A DNA stretch of 20,000 nucleotides from an uncultured virus (IMG/VR IMGVR_UViG_3300034279_000522) (taxonomy: Duplodnaviria > Heunggongvirae > Uroviricota > Caudoviricetes), in IMG/VR virus record IMGVR_UViG_3300034279_000522. One strand, 5' to 3'. Within the stretch, counting starts at the first letter, position 1. Each line of letters begins with the position of its first letter. The notes below the pieces were generated by a model. That model ran no database searches, was not told the DNA's origin, and saw only the letters and a program-made list of their open reading frames with translations. Made by a program: the position numbers and the translations under genes. Shown here piece after piece: positions 8,303 through 16,228 of this stretch.

Positions 8303-9514
8303 ATGACTGTAGAAAGAAAAATCAGAGAGTTGCTTGCTGGAAAGCAAGCGATTACTGAAGCTTCTGACGGTGATATGACCGCACCAAAGCAAGGTAGTTC
8401 GGTCACATCTTCATCAGAAAAGATGGGTGCTTCGAATGGTAAAGATACCTCGAAAGCAGCTAAGTCGAACACATCGGGTGACCAAACTCAACCACGTCAA
8501 GGTTCTTCAGCAGACGCACCACACCAAGACCGTGATGGTGATGCTGACGAAAACCAAGGCGCAAAGGTTGCAGTAAACGCTAAGGATACTTCCGACTCGT
8601 CAGGTCCTGCATCTGGTCCAGGTGATGCACCAAACTTCACTACTGTTGCTGATCCAAGATCGGTTGTAAATCAACCATCTTCTAAGGGCAACGTTCATAA
8701 AGAAGAAGTTGAACCAGAAGACGACGATCTGATTGAAGACGATATCGAAGACGAAGATGAAGACGAAGATGCTGAAGAAGATCTCGAAGAAGATTTCTCA
8801 GCAGAACTCGCAACTCTATTCGACGGTAACGAAGATCTAACTGAAGAATTCCGTGGCAAGGCAGCATCGCTGTTTGAAGCAATGGTTTCTGCATCGGTCA
8901 ACGTTAAAGCAGCAGCACTCGAAGAAGCACTTATCCAAGAAGCTGCTGCTCTTATGGAAGAATTTAAGGATGACCTCGTTGAAAAGGTTGATTCTTATCT
9001 AACTTATGTCGCTGAACAGTATATTGCTGAAAACGAACTCGCTGTTGAGAACGGTCTCCGTTCAGACATCACTGAGTCGTTTATTGCAGGACTTAAGAAT
9101 CTGTTTTCGGAACACTATATTGAGGTTCCTGAAGAGAAATATGATGTGCTTGGTGAAATGCAAGTCGAGATTGAAAACCTTCAAGCTCGTGTGGACCAAA
9201 CTATGACTGCAAATGTAGAACTGCATGCTGAAAATACTAAACTTCAAAGAGAGAGCGTACTTATCGCGGTTACTGAAAACCTCGCTAAGACCGATGCTGA
9301 GAAGTTTGTAAGTATTGTTGCTGATGTAGAATTCGAGAACGCAGAAATTTTCGAAGAAAAGTTGAATGTCATTAGAGAAAATTATTTCCCTAAAGCACAA
9401 CCTAACACGGAAGAAAAGATGACTGATGGTCTAGATGAAACTAATGCGTATGCTGGATCTCCTCTTATGGAGAAGTATACGAAGGTTCTAGACAAAATGT
9501 CATCTCAAATCTAA
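8303..9514 (+). CDS. gp22: Prohead core scaffold protein (T4 gp22-like)
   Basis: LTEEFRGKAASLFEA, VDSYLTYVAE, ENELAVENGLRSDITESFIAGLKNLF and IRENYF. Very acidic; lies between gp21 and gp23. Confidence 0.93.
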   Translation: MTVERKIRELLAGKQAITEASDGDMTAPKQGSSVTSSSEKMGASNGKDTSKAAKSNTSGDQTQPRQGSSADAPHQDRDGDADENQGAKVAVNAKDTSDSSGPASGPGDAPNFTTVADPRSVVNQPSSKGNVHKEEVEPEDDDLIEDDIEDEDEDEDAEEDLEEDFSAELATLFDGNEDLTEEFRGKAASLFEAMVSASVNVKAAALEEALIQEAAALMEEFKDDLVEKVDSYLTYVAEQYIAENELAVENGLRSDITESFIAGLKNLFSEHYIEVPEEKYDVLGEMQVEIENLQARVDQTMTANVELHAENTKLQRESVLIAVTENLAKTDAEKFVSIVADVEFENAEIFEEKLNVIRENYFPKAQPNTEEKMTDGLDETNAYAGSPLMEKYTKVLDKMSSQI

Positions 9515-9519
9515 ATAAA

Positions 9520-9527
9520 TATAAATA
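9520..9527 (+). promoter_or_regulatory. T4-type late promoter for gp23
   Basis: Exact TATAAATA just after the gp22 stop, followed by RBS AAGGAG. Confidence 0.85.
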
Positions 9528-9563
9528 ATAAGTTGAAATAAAAAACCCTACAAGGAGAAAAAA

Positions 9564-10838
9564 ATGTTTCTTTCAGAATCTCTACAAAAGAAGTGGGAGC
9601 CTGTCCTAAACCATGATGGTATGGGACAAATCAAGGATTCCTACAAGCGTGCAGTTACTGCAGTTGTTCTCGAAAACCAACAAAAGGCTCTTCAAGAAGA
9701 AAAGACTGCGTTGTTCGAAACTCCAGCAAACGCTACAGGCTCTGGCATCGATAACTACGATCCAATTCTAATCTCGCTCGTTCGTCGTGCGCTGCCTAAC
9801 TTGATGGCATATGACGTTGCTGGCGTTCAACCAATGACTGGACCAGTTGGTCTTATCTTCGCAATGAAGTCACGCTACAGCACACAATCTGGCACTGAAG
9901 CACTCTTCAACGAAGCAGATACTGACTTCGCTGGTACAGGAACTCACGCTGGTTCAAACCCAGTTGATGGTTCTTACACCACAGGTACTGGTATTGCTAC
10001 TGCTGACGCTGAAGCACTTGGTGAATCAGGCGGAACTGACTTCAATGAGATGGCATTCAGCATCGAGAAGACAACTGTAACTGCTAAGACACGTGCTCTT
10101 AAAGCAGAATACACAGTAGAACTTGCTCAGGATCTCAAGGCAATTCACGGTCTTGACGCTGAGTCAGAACTCTCGAACATCCTTTCACAAGAAATTCTTG
10201 CTGAAATCAACCGCGAAGTTATCCGTACGATCTATAAGGTTGCTAAGCCAGGTGCTGCTTCGACAGCAACTGCTGGTACTTTCGATCTTGACGTTGACTC
10301 AAACGGTCGTTGGTCGGTTGAGCGTTTCAAGGGTCTTCTGTTCAACATCGAACGTGATGCTAACGTAATCGCTCAAGACACTCGTCGCGGTAAGGGTAAC
10401 TTCATCATCTGTTCGTCAGACGTTGCTGCTGCTCTTGCAATGGCAGGTATGCTTGACACAGGTGGTGCACTTAACGGTTCGCCAACTCTGAACGTTGATG
10501 ACACAGGTAATACTTTTGCTGGTGTTCTTAACGGTCGTTACAAGGTATACGTTGATCCATATTCAGCAAACCAAGGTGCTGCATCGCAGTTCTATGTTGT
10601 TGGTTATAAGGGTGCGAATGCTTATGACGCTGGTATCTTCTATTGCCCATACGTTCCACTACAAATGGTTCGTGCTATCGACCCTAACACCTTCCAACCA
10701 AAAATTGGTTTCAAGACTCGTTACGGGATGATTGCTAACCCATTCGTTCTTAAGTCGGACGGAACAACAGATGCGGATACATTCACTGCAAACCGCAACC
10801 ACTACTACCGTCGCGTTAAGGTTTCGAACCTTATGTAA
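9564..10838 (+). CDS. gp23: Major capsid protein (T4 gp23-like)
   Basis: KWEPVL, DPILISLVRR, GVQPMTGP, RALKAEYTVELAQDLKAIHGLDAE, YCPYVPL and FQPKIGFKTRYG. Confidence 0.98.
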   Translation: MFLSESLQKKWEPVLNHDGMGQIKDSYKRAVTAVVLENQQKALQEEKTALFETPANATGSGIDNYDPILISLVRRALPNLMAYDVAGVQPMTGPVGLIFAMKSRYSTQSGTEALFNEADTDFAGTGTHAGSNPVDGSYTTGTGIATADAEALGESGGTDFNEMAFSIEKTTVTAKTRALKAEYTVELAQDLKAIHGLDAESELSNILSQEILAEINREVIRTIYKVAKPGAASTATAGTFDLDVDSNGRWSVERFKGLLFNIERDANVIAQDTRRGKGNFIICSSDVAAALAMAGMLDTGGALNGSPTLNVDDTGNTFAGVLNGRYKVYVDPYSANQGAASQFYVVGYKGANAYDAGIFYCPYVPLQMVRAIDPNTFQPKIGFKTRYGMIANPFVLKSDGTTDADTFTANRNHYYRRVKVSNLM

Positions 10839-10876
10839 TCGATACCTCTCCATTAGAGAGAGGGTTACTAAGAAAC

Positions 10877-10906
10877 TGGGGGGAGCAGAAATGCTTCCCC
10901 CATTTT
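10877..10906 (+). terminator. Rho-independent terminator after gp23
   Basis: 11-bp stem TGGGGGGAGCA / TGCTTCCCCCA (one G-U pair) with a GAAA tetraloop, followed by TTTT. Confidence 0.85.
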
Positions 10907-10909
10907 CAT

Positions 10910-10917
10910 TATAAATA
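10910..10917 (+). promoter_or_regulatory. T4-type late promoter for gp3
   Basis: Exact TATAAATA immediately downstream of the terminator, followed by RBS GGAGG. Confidence 0.85.
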
Positions 10918-10935
10918 TACGTAATGGAGGAATAG

Positions 10936-11520
10936 ATGGTAATATCCACAACAACAAACATCAGTGAGGGATCTTGGGGAAGTTCGCAACCGAGCGATCT
11001 TGATTACCTGAAACCGAATGGTTTTAAATTCCAAATTCATACTCTACCTAACGTATCATATTTCTGTCAGGCAGCAAATATCCCATCGTTCAGTATTGGA
11101 TTTACCACAACAGAAACTCCTCTTTCTGCTCTGTATAATCCTGGAGAGAAACCGCAGTTTGGCGAACTTGTCATTCGTTTCCTTGTTCAAGAAAACATGG
11201 CAAATTATGTAGAACTATATAATTGGTTGGTTGGTCTATCATTTCCAGAGAACCACGAGCAATATAACAACTGGAATAAGAAGCAAGCATATAGATTCCC
11301 TGCAATCCCAGAGAAAAGACTTGGTGCAGTTGCGAACTTCTCAGACGCTGACTTCTTCATTTTAGACTCGGATAATAATCCAAACGTCAAGATTACATAT
11401 TACGATCTTTTCCCCACCAGTCTTGAAGCACTGGACTTCGATATATCAAGTGGTTCTGTAGAATATCTCATAGGCATTGCGTCGTTTAAATATAGATATT
11501 ATACGATTGAATCCGTATAA
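10936..11520 (+). CDS. gp3: Tail completion / sheath stabilizer (T4 gp3-like)
   Basis: YLKPNGFKF, NVSYFCQAANIP, NYVELYNWL, SDA and FPTSL motifs. Its position between gp23 and uvsY matches cyanophage-type genomes. Confidence 0.85.
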   Translation: MVISTTTNISEGSWGSSQPSDLDYLKPNGFKFQIHTLPNVSYFCQAANIPSFSIGFTTTETPLSALYNPGEKPQFGELVIRFLVQENMANYVELYNWLVGLSFPENHEQYNNWNKKQAYRFPAIPEKRLGAVANFSDADFFILDSDNNPNVKITYYDLFPTSLEALDFDISSGSVEYLIGIASFKYRYYTIESV

Positions 11521-11526
11521 AATACC

Positions 11527-11555
11527 TTGACTTCTGTCAAAAAATATAGTATGAT
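11527..11555 (+). promoter_or_regulatory. sigma70-type promoter for uvsY-uvsW
   Basis: TTGACT (11527-32), 17-bp spacer, TATGAT (11550-55). Confidence 0.75.
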
Positions 11556-11579
11556 TAAATTATTTTATTGTGAGGAAAT

Positions 11580-12020
11580 ATGAAACTATCTGAAATTCAA
11601 GACATGTGGACAAAAGATGCTAAGGTCAACGAACTAGATCTTGGTAAGTCTTCGATTCAAATCGCCGAACTGCATGCAAAATATCTAAACATTTTGAGTA
11701 ATACCAAATTACAACTTCGCAAATGCGAGGGGGATTACCTGCGCCTACGTCGCACCAAGTTTAAATACTATCGCGGAGAGATGACTCGCGAAGAACTAGA
11801 AGAACTTGGGTGGAATCAGTTTCAGGGATTAAAACCTCTAAAGAATGAGGTCGAAGATATTGTTAATTGCGACGAAGATATTATTCGTTGCGTTGATAAA
11901 GTCGAATATATGAAAGCAATGCTCTACCAACTAGAGCAAATTATCCGTTCACTAAATGGTCGTGGTTGGGAAATCAAAAATGCCATCGAATGGACAAAGT
12001 TTACTAATGGATTGATGTAG
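11580..12020 (+). CDS. uvsY: Recombination mediator UvsY
   Basis: WTKD, LHAKYL, YYRG and RGWEIKNAIEWTKF motifs. Directly upstream of uvsW. Confidence 0.9.
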   Translation: MKLSEIQDMWTKDAKVNELDLGKSSIQIAELHAKYLNILSNTKLQLRKCEGDYLRLRRTKFKYYRGEMTREELEELGWNQFQGLKPLKNEVEDIVNCDEDIIRCVDKVEYMKAMLYQLEQIIRSLNGRGWEIKNAIEWTKFTNGLM

Positions 12021-13510
12021 TGCCTGACTTAACAGTTACCAAGAAAGATGAAGTCTATTTGAATATCGAAAGCGATCCTTCGATTGCTTCCGAGTTGAAT
12101 GACTACTTCACTTTCGACGTTCCTGGAGCAAGATTCATGCCAACCTATAAAGCGAAACTGTGGGATGGTAAAGCACGAATGTTCAACATGTGGACCAAGG
12201 AACTTTACGTTGGTCTGCTTCCATATCTAAGAGAGTTTGCTGCAAGATCAGACTATGATATGGATGTCAAAATGGATCCGATTGGTGATCCAGTTGATAT
12301 TGAATACCTAGAAGAATTCGCAGAGAGTTTGAATCTTACCTCACAAGGTAGTCCGATTCAGGCGAGAGAATATCAAATCGATGCAGTCAAATATGCGATT
12401 CGCATTGGCAGAACTTTGCTACTATCTCCGACTGCATCAGGCAAATCCCTGATCATCTATCTACTCCTGAGGTATCACCAGAAGTTTAATCGTAAGCAGT
12501 TGGTCATTGTTCCCACAACATCATTGGTCGAACAGATGTATGGCGACTTCGCTGATTATTCTCACAATGATGATACATGGCATGTTGCAAATAACTGCTC
12601 TAAAATTTACGCTGGATTTGAAAAGTCAAATCAAGCAAACATCGTTATCTCGACATGGCAGTCAATATACAAACTACCAAAAAAGTTCTTCGATGAATTT
12701 GATGTTATCTACGGCGACGAAGCACACTTGTTCAAGGCAAAGTCACTAACATCAATCTTTAACAAATGCACCAAGACTAAGTTCCGCATTGGAACCACTG
12801 GTACTCTCGACGGAACTAAGACTCATAAGTTGATTCTCGAGGGTCTATTCGGTAAGGTTCATCGGGTAATTACTACCAAAGAACTGATGGATAACAAAGA
12901 CCTCGCCGAGTTAAAGATTACATGTTTGCTTCTGGACTATACCGACGAAACCAAAAAAGCAGTTAAGAATCATACATACCAAGAAGAAATGGACTGGTTG
13001 GTTAAAAACCACAAACGAAATGTGGTCATCCGCAATCTCTCTGTGTCACAAAAAGGCAACACGCTAGTCTTGTTTCAGTTCGTAGAGAAACATGGTGATG
13101 TTCTTTATAAAATGATTAAAGAAAAGGCAGGAACTTCGCGAAAGGTTTTCTTTGTCTATGGTGGAACTGATACTTCTCAACGAGAACAGATCCGATCTAT
13201 TACAGAGAAAGAAACTGATGCAATTATTGTTGCGTCATACGGAACCTTTTCTACGGGAATAAATATACGTAACCTCCATAATGTAGTATTCGCTTCACCT
13301 TCTAAATCCCGCATTAGAAATCTTCAATCTATTGGTCGCGGATTAAGAAAGGGCAATCAGAAAGAACGTTGTAATCTTTTTGATATTGGCGATGACCTAT
13401 CTTGGAAGTCCAAAAAGAATTATACCCTCAATCATATGGTCGAGCGTGTGAAGATTTATAATGAAGAAGGTTTCAACTACAAGATAGTAAGGTTGTCAAT
13501 TGATGACTGA
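12020..13510 (+). CDS. uvsW: SF2 RNA-DNA/DNA helicase UvsW
   Basis: WDGK, Q-motif REYQ, Walker A SPTASGKS, DEAH, GTTGT, STGIN and QSIGRGLR. The GTG start overlaps the uvsY TAG stop. Confidence 0.96.
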   Translation: MPDLTVTKKDEVYLNIESDPSIASELNDYFTFDVPGARFMPTYKAKLWDGKARMFNMWTKELYVGLLPYLREFAARSDYDMDVKMDPIGDPVDIEYLEEFAESLNLTSQGSPIQAREYQIDAVKYAIRIGRTLLLSPTASGKSLIIYLLLRYHQKFNRKQLVIVPTTSLVEQMYGDFADYSHNDDTWHVANNCSKIYAGFEKSNQANIVISTWQSIYKLPKKFFDEFDVIYGDEAHLFKAKSLTSIFNKCTKTKFRIGTTGTLDGTKTHKLILEGLFGKVHRVITTKELMDNKDLAELKITCLLLDYTDETKKAVKNHTYQEEMDWLVKNHKRNVVIRNLSVSQKGNTLVLFQFVEKHGDVLYKMIKEKAGTSRKVFFVYGGTDTSQREQIRSITEKETDAIIVASYGTFSTGINIRNLHNVVFASPSKSRIRNLQSIGRGLRKGNQKERCNLFDIGDDLSWKSKKNYTLNHMVERVKIYNEEGFNYKIVRLSIDD

Positions 13511-13892
13511 AGATTATATCAGACTACTTAAACTGAAAGATGGCGACATGGTTATGTGCGCTACAAATATTGCATCTCAGCAGGAACTATTCGATTCTTT
13601 TGAGATCGAGATACGGCATCCTGTCTCCATTGTTCCATATCAGGTCCAATCAGGTAATGGTGTTGTTGAAGGATTTCTTTTCAAACCATGGATGGCAGTA
13701 TGTGAAGAGACAGAATTTGTTATCCTGAGTGAAAATGTTGTGCTGGTCGGCACTCTGAAAGATGATGTCGAACGACAGTATAAAACATATTTGAAGACGA
13801 GAGGAAATCCTCCCGAAGAAGAGGAAGAGGAAATCGAAGATTGGGTCGCGACGACCGCCGATTACCTAAAGAAGAACAATCTACTTAATTAG
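13503..13892 (+). CDS. Conserved-position hypothetical protein (possible Sm-like beta-barrel)
   Basis: IRLLKLKDGD and FKPWM pattern, similar to small proteins commonly found between uvsW and gp55 in cyanophage-type genomes. Acidic C-terminal tract; ATG at 13503. Confidence 0.65.
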   Translation: MTEDYIRLLKLKDGDMVMCATNIASQQELFDSFEIEIRHPVSIVPYQVQSGNGVVEGFLFKPWMAVCEETEFVILSENVVLVGTLKDDVERQYKTYLKTRGNPPEEEEEEIEDWVATTADYLKKNNLLN

Positions 13893-13919
13893 ATGATTCA
13901 TTTCATAGACGACATAGTC

Positions 13920-13948
13920 TTTATACCCTGAATAGGTGAACAAGTCAA
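13920..13948 (-). promoter_or_regulatory. Putative antisense sigma70-type promoter
   Basis: The minus strand reads TTGACT, 17-bp spacer, TATAAA, preceded by GG as in most other promoters here. Confidence 0.55.
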
Positions 13949-13981
13949 CAGTTTTCTTGAAGAAAAAGATTAAAAAAACTA

Positions 13982-14010
13982 TTTACTTTGACGTCTATTT
14001 GCGGTATAAA
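13982..14010 (+). promoter_or_regulatory. sigma70-type promoter for gp55
   Basis: An A-tract, then TTTACT (13982-87), 17-bp spacer, TATAAA (14005-10). Confidence 0.65.
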
Positions 14011-14035
14011 GGAGTTATATTAATGAGGGTAAATA

Positions 14036-14611
14036 ATGGCAAAAACTGCTAAAGCAAGAACTAACGTACATTACGTAAACAATAAAGAATTCCTTGCAGC
14101 GATGGTGGAGTATCGAGAAAAAGTTCTCGCTGCCAAAGCAGAGGGGAAACAGAAACCTAGAGTTCCCAATTATATTGGCGAATGTTTCGTTAAGATCGCA
14201 AACCATCTTGCATACAAAGCAAACTTCATCAACTACACCTATCGAGAAGAGATGGTGCTAGATGGTATTGAGAATTGTATTACATATCTTGATAACTTTG
14301 ATCCTGCCAAATCTTCCAATCCCTTTGCCTACTTTACCCAGATTACATACTATGCCTTTCTGCGTCGAATCCAGAAAGAAAAGAAGTATATGGCAACCAA
14401 GTATCGATACATTCAAAATCTAGATATCAACAGCATCATTAGCGAGGACGCCGATGGTTCTGAGCATACAAACGAATTTATCAATTATCTACGCAAACAG
14501 ATCGATGATGCCTACGATAGTTCTCTCGAGAATCAACCACCGAAAAATCCTATGCCGAAACGCAGACCAAAATATTTTGATAAAAAAGAAGAAAAAAACC
14601 TTGACCTTTGA
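14036..14611 (+). CDS. gp55: Late-transcription sigma factor (T4 gp55-like)
   Basis: HYVNNKEF, YIGECFVKIA, NFINYTYREEMVLDGIENC and NPFAYFTQITYYAFLRRIQKEK. Confidence 0.96.
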   Translation: MAKTAKARTNVHYVNNKEFLAAMVEYREKVLAAKAEGKQKPRVPNYIGECFVKIANHLAYKANFINYTYREEMVLDGIENCITYLDNFDPAKSSNPFAYFTQITYYAFLRRIQKEKKYMATKYRYIQNLDINSIISEDADGSEHTNEFINYLRKQIDDAYDSSLENQPPKNPMPKRRPKYFDKKEEKNLDL

Positions 14612-14629
14612 CGTTAAATGAGGTATAGT
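14601..14629 (+). promoter_or_regulatory. sigma70-type promoter for the accessory genes and gp47/gp46
   Basis: An A-tract, then TTGACC (14601-06), 17-bp spacer, TATAGT (14624-29). It overlaps the gp55 stop codon. Confidence 0.75.
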
Positions 14630-14659
14630 TGTTTTAGTATTAATGTTATGGAGGTTTAT

Positions 14660-14980
14660 ATGAGTAAATTTTATGATTGGGTCAGCAAAAATACTGGTGC
14701 CATTGCACTCGCTGCACTTATTGTTATTCCACTGTTTTTGCTTTTATTTTCGGTCGCTCGACACGAGAATAAAGTAACACAAGTTACCCGTCAAAATCCT
14801 GGATGTATCTATCTTGAGTCAAGTCGACTTGGTGTTGATCAACACTACATGCTCTGTGATGGTCGAATCAATCTTGTGCATCTTGCTGGAGACGATGAAT
14901 TACCAGCACCTGAAGCTGTCGATGTAATTCAGAATGCAGTTGAACCTGCACCTGTCACCGCAACCACTCCAGCGAAGTGA
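14660..14980 (+). CDS. Hypothetical single-pass membrane protein
   Basis: RBS GGAGG precedes the ATG at 14660. Hydrophobic segment GAIALAALIVIPLFLLLFSVA, two Cys, and a Pro/Ala/Thr-rich tail. Confidence 0.75.
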   Translation: MSKFYDWVSKNTGAIALAALIVIPLFLLLFSVARHENKVTQVTRQNPGCIYLESSRLGVDQHYMLCDGRINLVHLAGDDELPAPEAVDVIQNAVEPAPVTATTPAK

Positions 14981-14987
14981 GGTTACG

Positions 14988-15176
14988 ATGATTATCGAAA
15001 CACAAATTCTACATAATGACATGGATAGCGATTCTGATCGCACTGTTGGTGAAACTTCTATCAACAGCAACATCTATATTTCTATCACTGGCGCATCACC
15101 TTCTGAAAAGGCAAAGGTGCGCGAAATCCTCGATCAATTTTATCGAGACATCAAGGTAGCGATTCGTACTGTATGA
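14988..15176 (+). CDS. Hypothetical protein (62 aa)
   Basis: RBS GAGGT precedes the ATG at 14988. Its stop overlaps the gp47 start (ATGA). Confidence 0.65.
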   Translation: MIIETQILHNDMDSDSDRTVGETSINSNIYISITGASPSEKAKVREILDQFYRDIKVAIRTV

Positions 15177-16228
15177 AAGTTGCACTAATTACCGACACCC
15201 ACTTCGGGGCACGATCGGATTCAATTCCGTTTGATAACTTCTTTAATAAATTCTATACAGAAGTTTTCTTTCCTCACCTTGAGCGTGAACAGATTAAGAC
15301 AATCATCCATCTTGGTGACGTCTTTGATCGTCGGAAATATATTAATTTTAATACACTGAAGAAGTGTCGTGAGTATTTCTTCGATCGAACTGTCGAACTT
15401 GGCATCGACGTTCATATGATCGCAGGAAACCACGACACTTTCTTTAAGAACACCAACGAAGTCAATGCACTTGATTTGTTGCTGCGCGAATATCCTAACG
15501 TAATTACCTATTCTGAGACAGAAGATATTATCGTTGATGGTAAAAACCTACTACTAGTTCCTTGGATTTGTTCGGGTAACTATGACCAAACTATGGAGAT
15601 TGTTAATGCCTCAAATGCACAAGCCGTATTTGGACACTTTGAATTTGCAGGTTTCCAAATGTATCGTGGGCATACGAATGACCATGGAATGGATACAAAA
15701 CATTTTGATAGATTTCCTCTCGTTTGTTCTGGTCACTTCCACCATCGCAGTCGCACTGGCAATATTCTGTATCTTGGTAATACCTATGAGTTTACTTGGT
15801 CTGATTATAATGACCCTAGAGGGTATCACTTATATGATACGGAAACAAACGAGGTAGAATTCTTTGAGAATCCAAATCGCATCTTCCATAAAATCTATTA
15901 TGACGACACTACTGATGATCCTAGTTTGCTTGATGTTAGTGCACTTGTTGGATGTTGCGTTCGATTAGTTGTTGTTAAGAAAACTGACTTCTATAAGTTT
16001 GACCGTTTTGTAGATAAACTCTATGACTGCAATCTTCTCGAACTAAAGATTATTGAAGACTTCTCTGAGTTTGAAACTGAAGCAATAGGTGAAGAAGAAT
16101 TTAATGTCGAGGATACTATGACTGTTCTGTCAGATTTCGTCGATACTATTTCCACTGACCTAGAAAAGACTAGAATCAAATCTATTCTACAAACTCTCTA
16201 TGTTGAGGCACAGAACGTTACTGTATGA
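15173..16228 (+). CDS. gp47: Recombination endonuclease subunit, Mre11/SbcD-like (T4 gp47)
   Basis: Metallophosphoesterase motifs ITDTHFG, LGDVFD, AGNHD, FGH and SGHFH. Confidence 0.96.
   Translation: MKVALITDTHFGARSDSIPFDNFFNKFYTEVFFPHLEREQIKTIIHLGDVFDRRKYINFNTLKKCREYFFDRTVELGIDVHMIAGNHDTFFKNTNEVNALDLLLREYPNVITYSETEDIIVDGKNLLLVPWICSGNYDQTMEIVNASNAQAVFGHFEFAGFQMYRGHTNDHGMDTKHFDRFPLVCSGHFHHRSRTGNILYLGNTYEFTWSDYNDPRGYHLYDTETNEVEFFENPNRIFHKIYYDDTTDDPSLLDVSALVGCCVRLVVVKKTDFYKFDRFVDKLYDCNLLELKIIEDFSEFETEAIGEEEFNVEDTMTVLSDFVDTISTDLEKTRIKSILQTLYVEAQNVTV

Noticed and set aside
8747..8770. Tandem repeat GAAGACGAAGAT x2 and surrounding GAAGA-rich sequence
   Set aside because: Explained by the D/E tract of the scaffold protein. 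There is no repeat-spacer structure, so it is not a CRISPR array.
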